Assembly: GCA_965200965.1 (NCBI GenBank)
Contig: OZ241744.1
Location: 3,424,001-3,488,000 of the forward strand
Direction: 5' to 3'
DNA: 64,000 bases
DNA from: an uncultured Candidatus Binatia bacterium
GTDB taxonomy: Bacteria > Desulfobacterota > Binatia > Bin18
The first letter of the stretch is position 1. The number at the start of each line of letters is the position of its first letter. The notes under the pieces are model-generated. The model made no database searches. It had not been told where the DNA came from and worked only from the letters and a program-made list of their open reading frames with translations. This document shows, one piece after another, positions 11,816-24,600 of the stretch. The translations under genes were made by a program, and so were the position numbers.

Positions 11816-12566
11816 GACTGTCAATCCTAGAAAAAAAAGGCAGGCTTGTAAACCAAGAACCGTGTATGGGCTTCATCCGGTTCGGGAGTATCTCCGGGCT
11901 GCGCCTGAGACGATGCAGCATATTTTCCTCTCGCCGAATCTGAAGCGATCACTGATCGACACCCTGGCCCGTCAACACGCTATTCCTTTGTCGTATGAAG
12001 CCCCCTCTTTTTTTCATACCTTGGCTCCAGACGGCGGACATCAGGGGGCCGCCGCTCACTTACAGCCTTTTCCCTACACCCCGCTGCCCCACATCCTGGA
12101 GCACCACGCCAACCTGCTCCTGGTACTCGACAGTATTCTTGATCCCCGCAACCTCGGGGCTCTTTTACGCACCGCTGAGGCGGCAGAGGTCGGGGGCGTG
12201 GTGCTCCCCCGGCGGCGGGTCGCTCCTCTTTCTGCCGTTGTTGAAAAAACCGCGGCAGGGGCAAGCGCGTATCTGCCGATCTGCCAGGTCAGCAATCTTG
12301 CTCGCTCGCTGGATGCTATCCAGGCCGCGGGCTATTGGCTGGTTGGACTTGCCCCCGAAGCACCCCAAACCTTGTATGACTTAGGTCCGCAGCGCAATAT
12401 CGCGCTGGTGCTTGGGGGAGAGGAAAAAGGGCTGAGGCGTGTGGTGCGGGCCCGGTGCGATTGTCTGGTTGCGCTTCCCATGCGGGGGGAAATCGGGTCC
12501 TTGAATGTGGCCGTGGCTGGGGCTATTGCCCTGTATGAGATTTTACGCAGAAATCTGACGAAGTAG
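11814..12566 (+). CDS. rlmB: 23S rRNA Gm2251 2'-O-methyltransferase RlmB (start 11814 or GTG 11862)
   Basis: YGLHPV, DPRNLGALLRTA, GGEEKGL, SLNVAVAG (SpoU motifs). Confidence 0.9.
   Translation: MTVNPRKKRQACKPRTVYGLHPVREYLRAAPETMQHIFLSPNLKRSLIDTLARQHAIPLSYEAPSFFHTLAPDGGHQGAAAHLQPFPYTPLPHILEHHANLLLVLDSILDPRNLGALLRTAEAAEVGGVVLPRRRVAPLSAVVEKTAAGASAYLPICQVSNLARSLDAIQAAGYWLVGLAPEAPQTLYDLGPQRNIALVLGGEEKGLRRVVRARCDCLVALPMRGEIGSLNVAVAGAIALYEILRRNLTK
11824..11852 (-). promoter_or_regulatory. sigma70-type promoter of lptFG (near-leaderless), T8 tract in spacer
   Basis: Minus strand: TTTACA-17 nt-TAGGAT-8 nt-ATG. Confidence 0.5.
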
Positions 12567-12618
12567 GGCCGCTCTTTCAGGCGGTTTGGAGGCGGTGAGA
12601 TGCCCACCTTGACGCTAC

Positions 12619-12647
12619 TTGACTTGTCCGGGGAAACGGGCTAGGCT
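12619..12647 (+). promoter_or_regulatory. sigma70 promoter of tRNA-tuf cluster
   Basis: TTGACT-17 nt-TAGGCT. Confidence 0.55.
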
Positions 12648-12720
12648 GCATCGTCTGTCTGCGAACTGAAATATACCTTCCCGTAGTGGGAGGTTGACGG
12701 CTGGAAAAATACTCTCTACT

Positions 12721-12792
12721 GCTGGCGTAGCTCAACGGTAGAGCAGCTGATTTGTAATCAGCAGGTTGTAGGTTCAAGTCCTATCGCCAGCT
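12721..12792 (+). tRNA. tRNA-Thr(TGT)
   Basis: GCTGGCG/CGCCAGC; GCTGA-TTTGTAA-TCAGC. Confidence 0.96.
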
Positions 12793-12826
12793 TTCTCCTG
12801 AGTGGCAAGGAGAGTCAATATGGTGC

Positions 12827-12909
12827 GGAGAGGTGCCCGAGCGGCCAAAGGGAGCAGACTGTAAATCTGCCGGCGTATGCCTTCGAAGGTTCGAATCCTT
12901 CCCTCTCCA
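12827..12909 (+). tRNA. tRNA-Tyr(GTA)
   Basis: GGAGAGG/CCTCTCC; GCAGA-CTGTAAA-TCTGC; long variable arm. Confidence 0.97.
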
Positions 12910-12931
12910 TTCCTCAGGGACGAATCCCAGG

Positions 12932-13008
12932 GCGGGAATAGCTCAGTTGGCTAGAGCGCGAGCCTTCCAAGCTCGGGGTCGCGGGTTCGAGTCCCGTTTC
13001 CCGCTCCA
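12932..13008 (+). tRNA. tRNA-Gly(TCC)
   Basis: GCGGGAA/TTCCCGC; CGAGC-CTTCCAA-GCTCG; encoded CCA. Confidence 0.97.
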
Positions 13009-13074
13009 TGCGCCTCACAGGATGAGCCGAAGGACTTCCCAGTTGCGCCTGCATGTGCTTACGATCACGCAAGG

Positions 13075-13147
13075 GCCCAGGTAGCTCAGCAGGTAGAGCA
13101 CGTCCTTGGTAAGGACGAGGTCGGCGGTTCAACCCCGCTCCTGGGCT
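13075..13147 (+). tRNA. tRNA-Thr(GGT)
   Basis: GCCCAGG/CCTGGGC; CGTCC-TTGGTAA-GGACG. Confidence 0.96.
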
Positions 13148-13160
13148 GATTTTTTGCTGA

Positions 13161-14394
<1,234 letters not shown>

Positions 14395-14420
14395 ATGTCG
14401 TGGTCACTCCGTGACGATGT

Positions 14421-14495
14421 GGGTCAGTAGCTCGAATTGGATAGAGCACCGGACTCCAAATCCGGGGGTTGCAGGTTCGAAGCCTGCCTGACCCG
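14421..14495 (+). tRNA. tRNA-Trp(CCA)
   Basis: GGGTCAG/CTGACCC; CCGGA-CTCCAAA-TCCGG; upstream of secE. Confidence 0.95.
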
Positions 14496-14567
14496 CTTTC
14501 CCGCTCCCGACGCCGACCGTTTCAGAAAAGTCTCAGCTTATGAGAACAGACAGAGGAGACCGGCAAA

Positions 14568-14777
14568 GTGAGTAGCGCGATACGGGCCGGCTTTGCCACC
14601 GCTCGGGCATTTCTGCAAGAAGCCTGGGCCGAGTTGCAACGGGTGCATTGGCCCGCCCAAAAGGAAGTCCGGGCAGCAACCTGGGTGGTGTTGGTTCTGG
14701 TGAGTATTGTTGCGCTCTACCTGTTCGTTGTTGATGCTTTTCTCGCTTGGCTCTTACGCCTGCTGCTTGGCTATTAA
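14568..14777 (+). CDS. secE: preprotein translocase subunit SecE
   Basis: ELQRVHWP..KEV plus one TM helix; synteny. Confidence 0.93.
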   Translation: MSSAIRAGFATARAFLQEAWAELQRVHWPAQKEVRAATWVVLVLVSIVALYLFVVDAFLAWLLRLLLGY

Positions 14778-14804
14778 GTCTTCATCGGGATGACAGGCTA
14801 CGCT

Positions 14805-15341
14805 ATGGCCAAGCAATGGTACATTGTCCATACCTACTCCGGGTATGAGTGGAAAGCCAAGGCAGCTCTTGAAGAACGCATCCGTACGCTCGGCAAGGAA
14901 GACCTGTTCGGCGATGTCCTGGTTCCCGAAGAGCAGGTGGTTGAGCTTGTCAAAGGCCACAAACGGACCTCGGCCCGCAAGTTTTTTCCCAGCTACATCC
15001 TGGTCCAGATGGAGATGAGTAACGAGACTTGGCATGTTGTCAAATCAACGCCGAAAGTCACCGGCTTTGTCGGAGGCTTTGATCCCCAAACCATCCCCCC
15101 GGTGTCTGAGGCCGAGGTGGCAGCGATTCGGAACCAGGTCCAGGAAGGGGCCCTACGACCAAAGCCCAAGGTTTTGTACGAGGTTGGTGATGGGGTGAAG
15201 GTAGTGGACGGACCTTTTCAGGATTTCACCGGCAAGGTTGAAGAGGTCAAGCCGGGCAAAGGAAAATTGCGGGTGTTGATCAGCATCTTCGGTCGGGCAA
15301 CCCCGGTTGAACTCGACTTGGTACAAGTCGAGAAAACCTGA
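14805..15341 (+). CDS. nusG: transcription antitermination factor NusG
   Basis: [14 protein letters not shown] motif [18 protein letters not shown]. Confidence 0.98.
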   Translation: MAKQWYIVHTYSGYEWKAKAALEERIRTLGKEDLFGDVLVPEEQVVELVKGHKRTSARKFFPSYILVQMEMSNETWHVVKSTPKVTGFVGGFDPQTIPPVSEAEVAAIRNQVQEGALRPKPKVLYEVGDGVKVVDGPFQDFTGKVEEVKPGKGKLRVLISIFGRATPVELDLVQVEKT

Positions 15342-15357
15342 AGGAGGCACAGGAGAA

Positions 15358-15783
15358 ATGGCAAAGAAGGTGATGACTGAGGTCAAGTTGCAGATTCCTG
15401 CCGGACAGGCGACTCCCAGTCCGCCGGTTGGACCTGCGCTTGGGCAGCGGGGGGTCAATATCATGGAATTCTGCAAGGCGTTTAACGCCAAGACGCAGGC
15501 TCAACAGGGGCTGATCATTCCTGTTGTGATCACCGTCTATGCAGACCGTTCTTTTTCTTTTATTACCAAGACCCCCCCGGCTTCCGTCCTGATTAAGAAA
15601 GCGATGGGGATTGAAAAGGGTTCCCAGGAGCCGGCCAAGGATATTATCGGGTCAATCTCGCGTGCCCAGATAGAAGAGATCGCAAAGACAAAGATGCCCG
15701 ATCTGAATGCCAGTGATATTGAGGGAGCCCGAAAAATCATTGAAGGAACAGCCCGGAGCATGGGCGTCAGCGTGGTGGACTGA
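15358..15783 (+). CDS. rplK: 50S ribosomal protein L11
   Basis: [21 protein letters not shown]. Confidence 0.98.
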   Translation: MAKKVMTEVKLQIPAGQATPSPPVGPALGQRGVNIMEFCKAFNAKTQAQQGLIIPVVITVYADRSFSFITKTPPASVLIKKAMGIEKGSQEPAKDIIGSISRAQIEEIAKTKMPDLNASDIEGARKIIEGTARSMGVSVVD

Positions 15784-15784
15784 T

Positions 15785-16486
15785 ATGGCAAAGAAAAGTA
15801 AAGGATACCGGGCCGCGGTCGAGAAAGTTGATCGTGAACAACGCTACCCTTTGGCGCAAGCCGTCGGCATGGTCAAGGGAACCGCCCGGGCGAAATTTGA
15901 CGAAACGGTGGAGATTGCGGTCCGGCTTGGGGTTGACCCGCGCAAGGCCGATCAAAACGTGCGGGGCACGGTGGTGTTGCCGCACGGAACAGGAAAATCC
16001 GTTCGGGTGGCCGTCTTTGCCAAAGGCGACAAAGCCCGCGAGGCCGAAGAGGCGGGTGCCGATGTCGTTGGAGCCGAGGAGTTGGTGGCGCGGATTACCG
16101 ACGAAGGCTGGCTTGAGTTTGACAAGGCGGTGGCTACGCCAGACCTGATGGGTGTGGTTGGCCGGATTGGAAAAATCCTCGGACCCCGGGGCTTGATGCC
16201 CAACCCCAAAGTCGGGACGGTGACTACGGATGTTGCTCAGACCGTTCGTGATCTCAAGGGCGGAAAGGTTGAGTATCGGGTCGATAAAGTTGGCAATGTC
16301 CATATCCCGGTCGGAAAAGCGTCGTTCAGCGAACAACAACTGCTTGAAAATGCCAGTTCGCTGATTGAGGGTTTAGTTCGGGCCAAGCCGGCTTCTGCAC
16401 GGGGGACCTACCTCCAAGGCGTGTGCCTCAGTACCACCATGGGGCCTGGTGTGCGGGTGGAGCCATCAACGGTCCAGCGTGGCTAG
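15785..16486 (+). CDS. rplA: 50S ribosomal protein L1
   Basis: [25 protein letters not shown]. Confidence 0.98.
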   Translation: MAKKSKGYRAAVEKVDREQRYPLAQAVGMVKGTARAKFDETVEIAVRLGVDPRKADQNVRGTVVLPHGTGKSVRVAVFAKGDKAREAEEAGADVVGAEELVARITDEGWLEFDKAVATPDLMGVVGRIGKILGPRGLMPNPKVGTVTTDVAQTVRDLKGGKVEYRVDKVGNVHIPVGKASFSEQQLLENASSLIEGLVRAKPASARGTYLQGVCLSTTMGPGVRVEPSTVQRG

Positions 16487-16536
16487 CCGTATTCCTCAGA
16501 CCGGCAGGGCACCGACACAAGGGGAGGGCGAGCATT

Positions 16537-17094
16537 ATGGAGCGTTACGAGAAAGAGCAAGCTGTTGCCGACTTACACGGGGTCTTTCAGAATGTCCACA
16601 CCGCGGTGATCGCTGAATACAAGGGCCTCAGCGTTGCCGACTTACACGCGCTGCGATGCGAGTTGAGAGAGGTCGGAGGCGAGTACCGGGTCGCAAAAAA
16701 TACCCTGGTCTCCTTAGCGGTTGAAGGAACTCCGTATCTCTCACTCAGAGAGTTGCTCACAGGCCAAAATGGTCTGGTGCTCGGCTACGGTGAGGCTGTT
16801 GACTTGGCCAGAGCCGTGACGCGCTACGCCAAAGACCATCAGAAGTTTACCGTCAAAGGCGGGGTCACTGAAGGGCAGTTCCTGGACGCCCCCCAGGTTG
16901 AGGCGCTGGCCAGTTTGCCGAGCCGGGACGTATTGCGGGCGCAACTGCTCGGCGTGCTGTCTCAGACCGCCACGCAACTGGTGGGCGTGCTTGCCGCTCC
17001 CGCCTCGCAGCTGGCCCGTGTCCTTGATGCAAGGAGGGCAGAGGGCGACGCTCAAGCCACACCCCCGGCGTCAGCGAATGGAGCGGACGCCTGA
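16537..17094 (+). CDS. rplJ: 50S ribosomal protein L10
   Basis: YKGLSV..LR, VAKNTL, LASLPSR; synteny. Confidence 0.95.
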   Translation: MERYEKEQAVADLHGVFQNVHTAVIAEYKGLSVADLHALRCELREVGGEYRVAKNTLVSLAVEGTPYLSLRELLTGQNGLVLGYGEAVDLARAVTRYAKDHQKFTVKGGVTEGQFLDAPQVEALASLPSRDVLRAQLLGVLSQTATQLVGVLAAPASQLARVLDARRAEGDAQATPPASANGADA

Positions 17095-17127
17095 GGGTGA
17101 TACAGACAACGGAGAAAGGAGAAACGC

Positions 17128-17520
17128 ATGGCTCTCAGCGCCGAAAAGATGGAAGAGCTTGTCTCAACCCTGTCTGATTTGACCATTCTCGAGGTCTCGG
17201 ATTTGGTCAAACATCTGGAGGAAAAATGGGGGGTGAGTGCAGCCGCCCCGGTTGTTGTGGCGGGTGGTAGTGCGCCGGCTGGCGATGCGCCGGCCGAGGC
17301 TGAAGAGAAGGACGAGTTTGATGTTGTTCTGACCGGCCCTGGCGAAAAGAAGATCCAGGTTATCAAAGCCGTCCGGGAAATCACCGGTCTCGGGCTGAAA
17401 GAGGCCAAAGAACTGGTTGATAACGCGCCCAAGCCGATCAAGGAAGGGATTACAAAGGCCGAAGCCGAAGAACTCCAGAAAAAGCTTGAAGAAGCCGGGG
17501 GATTGGTGGAACTGACATAA
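17128..17520 (+). CDS. rplL: 50S ribosomal protein L7/L12
   Basis: [23 protein letters not shown]. Confidence 0.98.
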   Translation: MALSAEKMEELVSTLSDLTILEVSDLVKHLEEKWGVSAAAPVVVAGGSAPAGDAPAEAEEKDEFDVVLTGPGEKKIQVIKAVREITGLGLKEAKELVDNAPKPIKEGITKAEAEELQKKLEEAGGLVELT

Positions 17521-17550
17521 GGGCGTCTGCGCCAAAGGAGAAAAGGGGAG

Positions 17551-20500
17551 ATGACCTTGCAGCTGGCAGATAATTTCCGCTTCCGCCGGAAGTTCGGCCA
17601 AATCGGCGAAATCACCCAGATTCCACACCTGCTGGAGATCCAACGGCTCTCGTATGAGAAATTCCTCCAGGGGGAGCCAGGCCCGGAAGAACGGATGGAA
17701 TCCGGGCTTCACGGGGTCTTTCGCTCGGTTTTTCCGATCAAGGATTTCAATGAAACCGCTTCTCTGGAGTTTGTGAGTTATACGCTTGGAGAGCCAAACT
17801 ACACGGTGGAGGAATGCCATCAGCGCGGGATGACCTATGCCGCCCCCCTGAAAGTGACCATCCAACTTGTTCTTTGGGATGTTGATCCGCGGACAGAAGC
17901 CCGCACGATCAAAAATGTCAAGGAGCAGGAAGTCTATTTTGGCGAGATCCCGCTGATGGCCTCGTATGGCACGTTCATGGTGAATGGGACCGAGCGGGTT
18001 ATTGTGAGCCAGTTGCACCGCTCGCCCGGGGTCTTCTTCGATCACGATAAGGGCAAGACCCACCCCAGTGGAAAATTCCTCTATTCCGCCCGGATCATTC
18101 CGTCCCGGGGATCGTGGATTGACTTTGAGTTTGACCCGAAAGACATCCTGTATGTCCGTATTGACCGCCGCCGCAAGTTCCACGCAACGGTGTTGCTGCG
18201 GGCTTTGGGGATGACGGTCGAGGACCTGCTCACCTACTTTTATCCGACCGATACCATTACTGTTGAGGGCGGTCGTGCCACCAAAAAATTCCAGCCGCAG
18301 CTCCTGCTCGGTCTGCGCGCGACCCACGATGTCCGACATCCGAAAACCCAGGAGGTGCTGGTCAAAGAAGGACGCCGGTTCACCCGTAACGCGATCAGAC
18401 AGATGGAGGCCGCCGAGGTTGAGCAGATCCCGATTGGCCTTGGAGAGATTGCAGGCTCGGTCACAGCCCATGATGTGCTTGACCCGGAGACACAGGAAGT
18501 CCTGCTTGAGTGCAACCAGGAGTTGAGCCAGGACGACCTTGACCGCCTGATTGAGCGCAAGGTCTCGACCATAGAGACATTCTGTATTGACGAGTCCCCC
18601 ATTGGTCCATCCCTGCGGAAGACCTTGCTCCAGGACATCCAGGACAAAATTGTTTCTCCCGAAGAGGCCAAGAAGGAGATTTATCGTCGCCTCCGTCCCG
18701 GAGATCCGCCAGCGGCCGAGGCGGTAGGGGTTTTCTTTGAAAACCTGTTCTTCAACGCCGAGCGTTACGATCTGTCCAAGGTTGGCCGCCTCAAACTCAA
18801 CTATAAACTCCAACGTGATACTCCGCTCGATCTGGGGACCCTGCGCAAAGAGGATATCCTTGAGGTCGCACGGTATCTGTTTGAGTTAAAAAACGGCAAC
18901 GGGGTCGTTGATGATATTGACCATCTTGGCAACCGGCGGGTGCGGGCGGTCGGGGAGTTGGTTGAGAATCAGTTCCGGATTGGCCTGGTCCGCATGGAGC
19001 GGGCGGTCAAAGAGCGCATGAGCCTCCAGGATGTCGAGACCCTGATGCCCCAGGAACTGGTCAACTACAAGCCTGTGTCGGCCGCGCTGAAGGAATTTTT
19101 TGGATCGAGCCAGTTGTCGCAGTTCATGGACCAGACCAACCCCTTGTCTGAAGTGGCCCATAAGCGGCGTCTGTCGGCCCTCGGACCGGGCGGCTTGACC
19201 CGGGAGCGGGCCGGTTTTGAGGTCCGGGATGTGCATCCGACCCACTATGGACGGGTGTGTCCTATCGAGACACCCGAAGGGCCGAATGTCGGGCTTATTG
19301 CAAGCCTGTCAACCTACGCCCGGGTGAATGAATTCGGCTTTATTGAGACGCCGTACCGCAAAGTTGAGGATGGTCGGGTGACGCAGGATGTGCAGTATTT
19401 GTCTGCCCTTGAAGAAGAGACGCAGACTATTGCCCCGGCCGACGCCCCAATTGACGAGGACGGGCGGTTTATCCCAGACCGCCAAGGCCAGGTTTCTTCC
19501 CGCCAGCGCGGCGAACCTGAGCAGGTCCAGCCTGATCAGGTCCAGTTGATGGACGTGTCTCCCACCCAGTTGGTGAGTGTTGCCGCGGCCCTGATTCCCT
19601 TTCTGGAACATGACGATGCGAACCGCGCCCTGATGGGTTCGAACATGCAGCGCCAGGCAGTTCCCCTGCTGCGAACCGAAGCGCCGCTGGTTGGCACTGG
19701 GATGGAACAGGTCGTTGCCCGGGATTCCGGCGTGACGGTCGTCGCCCGCCGGAGCGGCTTTGTTGAAAGTGTCGATTCCAGACGTGTTGTGATTAAGGCG
19801 GATACGCCGCTCACTGCCGGCGATGCCACGGTCGATATCTACCCGCTCATCAAGTACCAGCGTTCCAATCAGAACACCTGTGTGAACCAGCGGCCGATCG
19901 TCAAAGTTGGCGACTCTATCAAGGCCGGCGATGTGATTGCCGATGGACCGGCCACCGACATGGGGGAGTTGGCCCTGGGCAGGAATGTCCTGGTCGCGTT
20001 CATGATCTGGGAGGGCTACAATTTTGAAGACTCCATCCTGGTCAGCGAGCGTATGTTACGCGAGGATGTGTTCACTTCGGTGCATATTGAAGAATTTGAA
20101 TGCGTTGCCCGCGACACCAAACTCGGTCCAGAAGAGATCACCCAGGATATCCCGAATGTCGGTGAAGAAGCCCTCAAGGACCTTGACGGCAGCGGTATTG
20201 TCAGGATCGGCGCTGAGGTGAGGCCGGGCGACATTCTGGTCGGCAAGATCACACCCAAAGGCGAGACCCAGCTCTCTCCCGAAGAGAAGCTGCTCCGCGC
20301 CATCTTCGGCGAAAAAGCCGGAGAAGTCCGCGATACCTCGCTGCGTATCCCTCCCGGTGTTGAGGGCACGGTGATCAATGCGCGCGTCTTCTCTCGCAAG
20401 GGGGTGGAGAAAGATGAGCGGAGCCAGAGCATTGAGGACGAAGAGGTTGAGCGACTCCGCAGAGACCAGGAAGATGAAATCCGGATTGTCCAGGAGAGCA

Positions 20501-21669
20501 CATTCGGAAAAGTCCGCGACCTGACGCTGGGCAAAGTTCTGACCGTTCGGATCCGCGACGAGGAGACCCGGAAGGTCCTGTTTCCCAAAGGCCACGAGAT
20601 TAGCGAAGAGGTGCTGCGGGCCATTCCCCCCGCATACTGGGGCCGGCTCAGGCTTGGCGATGAGGCGATTGAGGACGAACTGAGCCAGAGCGTCGCCGCC
20701 ATGCTGGAGCAGATTGGCCGGATTCGTGAAGAGTCTGAGAAGAAGGTTGAGAAGCTCCGCGGTGGGGACGAGCTGGCACCCGGCGTCACCAGGATGGTGA
20801 AAGTCTTTGTCGCCATGAAACGCAAACTCCAGGCCGGCGATAAGGTGGCTGGGAGACACGGCAACAAAGGCGTACTGTCCCGGATTGTGCCCGAAGAAGA
20901 TATGCCGTATCTGGCCGACGGGACCCCGGTTGATGTCGTCCTCAACCCGCTGGGCATGCCCTCACGGATGAATCTCGGGCAGATTCTTGAGACCCATCTC
21001 GGCTGGGCCGTGCGGGGCCTCGGCGAGCAGATGGGCAACAGCCAGCCGACGCAGTGCAAAGACCGCCGTGCCCGACTCCAGGATGTCTATGACAACAAAG
21101 ACCTTGTTGACACAATTCAAGCCTTGCCGGCGTCTGATCTGAACCGCCTGATTGAGCGCGCCCAGACCGGGGTGCATGTGGCAACGCCCGTGTTCGACGG
21201 TGCTCCGGAAAAAGAAATTTCTGACCTGCTGCAAAAGGCCGGCTTGCCCGAATCTGGACAAACCGTGCTCTATGACGGGCGAACCGGCGAGCGTTTCGAT
21301 GGAGATATAACGGTTGGGGTGATGTACATCCTGAAGCTCCACCATCTTGTTGAGGACAAAATCCACGCCCGCTCTACCGGCCCCTATTCGCTGGTGACCC
21401 AGCAGCCCTTGGGCGGCAAGGCCCAGTTTGGCGGACAGCGGCTGGGAGAGATGGAAGTGTGGGCTCTTGAAGCCTATGGTGCGGCCTATAGTCTGCAAGA
21501 AATGCTGACGGTCAAGTCGGACGATGTGGCCGGTCGGACCCGTATCTATGAGGCGATTGTGAAAGGAGACAATGTACTGGAACCAGGGCTTCCCGAATCG
21601 TTCAATGTCATGGTCCGAGAACTGCAAAGCTTAGCGCTCAACGTCGAACTGCTTGAGGACGACGAATAG
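17551..21669 (+). CDS. rpoB: RNA polymerase beta subunit
   Basis: [27 protein letters not shown]. Confidence 0.99.
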   Translation: MTLQLADNFRFRRKFGQIGEITQIPHLLEIQRLSYEKFLQGEPGPEERMESGLHGVFRSVFPIKDFNETASLEFVSYTLGEPNYTVEECHQRGMTYAAPLKVTIQLVLWDVDPRTEARTIKNVKEQEVYFGEIPLMASYGTFMVNGTERVIVSQLHRSPGVFFDHDKGKTHPSGKFLYSARIIPSRGSWIDFEFDPKDILYVRIDRRRKFHATVLLRALGMTVEDLLTYFYPTDTITVEGGRATKKFQPQLLLGLRATHDVRHPKTQEVLVKEGRRFTRNAIRQMEAAEVEQIPIGLGEIAGSVTAHDVLDPETQEVLLECNQELSQDDLDRLIERKVSTIETFCIDESPIGPSLRKTLLQDIQDKIVSPEEAKKEIYRRLRPGDPPAAEAVGVFFENLFFNAERYDLSKVGRLKLNYKLQRDTPLDLGTLRKEDILEVARYLFELKNGNGVVDDIDHLGNRRVRAVGELVENQFRIGLVRMERAVKERMSLQDVETLMPQELVNYKPVSAALKEFFGSSQLSQFMDQTNPLSEVAHKRRLSALGPGGLTRERAGFEVRDVHPTHYGRVCPIETPEGPNVGLIASLSTYARVNEFGFIETPYRKVEDGRVTQDVQYLSALEEETQTIAPADAPIDEDGRFIPDRQGQVSSRQRGEPEQVQPDQVQLMDVSPTQLVSVAAALIPFLEHDDANRALMGSNMQRQAVPLLRTEAPLVGTGMEQVVARDSGVTVVARRSGFVESVDSRRVVIKADTPLTAGDATVDIYPLIKYQRSNQNTCVNQRPIVKVGDSIKAGDVIADGPATDMGELALGRNVLVAFMIWEGYNFEDSILVSERMLREDVFTSVHIEEFECVARDTKLGPEEITQDIPNVGEEALKDLDGSGIVRIGAEVRPGDILVGKITPKGETQLSPEEKLLRAIFGEKAGEVRDTSLRIPPGVEGTVINARVFSRKGVEKDERSQSIEDEEVERLRRDQEDEIRIVQESTFGKVRDLTLGKVLTVRIRDEETRKVLFPKGHEISEEVLRAIPPAYWGRLRLGDEAIEDELSQSVAAMLEQIGRIREESEKKVEKLRGGDELAPGVTRMVKVFVAMKRKLQAGDKVAGRHGNKGVLSRIVPEEDMPYLADGTPVDVVLNPLGMPSRMNLGQILETHLGWAVRGLGEQMGNSQPTQCKDRRARLQDVYDNKDLVDTIQALPASDLNRLIERAQTGVHVATPVFDGAPEKEISDLLQKAGLPESGQTVLYDGRTGERFDGDITVGVMYILKLHHLVEDKIHARSTGPYSLVTQQPLGGKAQFGGQRLGEMEVWALEAYGAAYSLQEMLTVKSDDVAGRTRIYEAIVKGDNVLEPGLPESFNVMVRELQSLALNVELLEDDE

Positions 21670-21688
21670 AGTACGCTGGGGGGGAAAG

Positions 21689-24600
21689 ATGGAAGATCTT
21701 CTTGGCCTTTTTGAGAAGCCTCAGAATCCGGTCCGTTTTAATGCTATCCGGGTCGCGCTGGCCCCTCCCGATATGGTTCGTTCCTGGTCGCACGGAGAGG
21801 TCAAGAAGCCTGAAACCATCAACTACCGCACATTCAAGCCCGAGCGCGACGGCCTGTTCTGCGCCAAAATTTTTGGTCCGACCAAAGATTACGAGTGTAA
21901 CTGCGGCAAGTACAAACGGATGCGTCACCGTGGGGTCGTGTGTGAAAAGTGTGGTGTTGAGGTGATTCAGTCCAAAGTACGCCGGGAGCGGATGGGGCAT
22001 ATCCCCCTGGCCAGCCCTGTCACCCATATCTGGTTCCTCAAAAGCCTGCCGAGCCGGATTGGCACCCTGCTGGATATGACGCTCAAGGATCTTGAACGGG
22101 TCCTGTATTTTGAGTCGTATATTGTGACCGACCCGCTCCAGACGCCGCTGAGCAAGAAACAGGTCCTGTCCGAAACCCGCTACCGGACACTGCTTGAGGA
22201 GTTCGGTTCTGGCAGTTTTCAGGCTGGAATGGGAGCCGAGGCGATCCGGCTGTTGTTACAGGAGTTGAATCTGGAAAAACTGGCCGAAGAGTTGCGCGCC
22301 GAGCTGATGGAAACGGGGAGCGAGGCGCGCCGCAAAAAGATCACCAAACGCCTCAAGGTCATCAACGCGTTTCGGCACTCCGGCAATCTGCCCGAATGGA
22401 TGATCCTGGAAGTGGTTCCGGTCATTCCTCCCGACCTCCGCCCCCTCGTGCCTCTGGACGGCGGGCGCTTTGCCACCTCCGACCTGAATGATCTGTATCG
22501 GCGGGTGATCAACCGCAATAACCGCCTCAAACGCCTGATTGAGTTGAGCGCGCCCGACATCATTGTTCGCAATGAAAAGCGGATGCTCCAAGAGGCAGTT
22601 GATGCCTTGTTTGACAATGGCCGGCGCGGGAAGCCCTTGACCGGGCCCAGTAAACGGCCGCTCAAGTCCCTGTCCGATATGCTCAAAGGCAAAGGCGGAC
22701 GTTTTCGGCAGAACCTGCTCGGCAAACGGGTGGACTATTCGGGCCGGTCCGTCATTGTGATCGGTCCCGAGTTGCGCCTGCATCAGTGCGGGTTGCCCAA
22801 GCATATGGCCTTGGAACTGTTCAAGCCCTTTATCTACAACAAGCTCGAAGAACGGGGCTATACTACGACCATCAAGAGCGCCAAAAAGATGCTGGAACAA
22901 GAGCGCCCGGAAGTCTGGGATATCCTGGACGAGGTTATCAAGGAGCATCCGGTTCTGCTCAACCGTGCCCCAACCCTGCACCGGCTGGGCATCCAGGCGT
23001 TTGAGCCCGTCCTGATTGAGGGCAAGGCAATTCAACTCCATCCCCTGGTCTGCACGGCCTATAACGCCGATTTTGACGGCGACCAGATGGCGGTTCATGT
23101 GCCCCTCTCGGTCGAAGCCCAGGTCGAAGCCCGTACCCTGATGATGTCAACCAATAACATCCTGTCACCCACCCACGGCAGGGCGGTTATCGCCCCGACC
23201 CAGGATATTGTGATGGGCCTGTATACCATGACCCGTGAGCGGCCCGGGGCAAAAGGTGAGGGGAAAATCTTCAGCGGTCCAGACGAAGTTCGTATTGCCT
23301 ACGATCAGGGTCAGGTCGCACTCCAGGCTCAGATCAGGGTCCGCATGGACGGACAACTGGTCGAGACAACGGTCGGGCGGATCGTGCTGTATGATATCGT
23401 GCCGCCTGAGATTCCGTTTTCTGAAGTCAACCGGACGATGAAGAAAAAGGAGTTGGGCAGCCTGCTGGACAGCGCCTTTCGCAAAGCCGACAACAAAGCC
23501 ACCGTCATTTTTGCCGATCGTCTGAAGGATATGGGCTTTGAGTACGCAACCAAAGCCGGAATCTCATTCGATATTCGAGACATGGTGATCCCCAAGAAAA
23601 AAGAGGAACTGCTCAACACCGCCCAGGCGGATATCCAGGAGATCCAGGAGCAGTACTACAAGGGGCTTATCACCGATGGCGAGCGTCATAACAAAGTCGT
23701 TGATACCTGGGTCACGGTCACCGATGAGGTGGCCGATAAAATGCGCATCGGTTTTCGGGAGGATCGTCAGGGATTCAACCCTGTCTTCATGATGGCTGAC
23801 TCGGGGGCGCGGGGTAGCACCCAGCAGATGCGCCAACTGGCCGGGATGCGCGGGCTGATGGCAAAGCCATCCGGCGAGATCATTGAAACGCCGATCACTG
23901 CCAACTTCACAGAGGGACTGTCTGTCTTGCAATACTTCATTTCAACCCACGGGGCACGCAAGGGTCTTGCCGACACCGCCCTGAAAACAGCCAACTCGGG
24001 CTATCTGACCCGCCGTCTGGTTGATGTGGCCCAAGACTGCATCATCAGCGAACACGACTGCGGCACAATTGACGGCATTGAGATGGGCCCGCTGGTTGAA
24101 GGCGGAGAAATCATTGAGGGGCTGGGCGAGCGCGTCCTCGGCCGGGTTGCCCTTGATGATATCCGCGATTCGTTCTCCAACGAAGTCTTCGTTCCGGCCA
24201 ACGAAGAGATTGACGAGGAGCGGGTGCAGCGGATTGAAGACACCGGTATTGAAAAGCTCTCGATTCGCTCGGCTTTGACGTGTCAGAGCCGACGCGGGGT
24301 GTGCATCAAGTGCTATGGGCGTGACTTGGCGCGTGGGCGTATGGTCAACATCGGTGAAGCGGTTGGCATCATGGCGGCCCAGTCAATTGGCGAGCCCGGC
24401 ACCCAGCTTACGATGCGGACCTTCCACATCGGTGGAGCGGCCAGTGACGAGGCAAAAATAGCGGACCGGTCCACCCGCAACGGGGGGACGCTGCGCTATA
24501 TTGCTCTCAAGACGGTCAGCAACCGTGAGGGCGATCAGGTCGTCACGAATCGGAACGGTAAGGTCGCTATTGTGGACAGTTCATCAGGTCAGGATCGGGA

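Noticed and set aside
17164-18813. Long antisense ORFs (also 33302..34675, 20016..21059, 50112..51866, 31617..32714)
   Set aside because: Shadows of conserved sense genes in GC-rich DNA; no recognisable motifs
21653-21689. rpoB-rpoC fusion
   Set aside because: rpoB ends with TAG at 21667-21669 and rpoC starts separately at 21689
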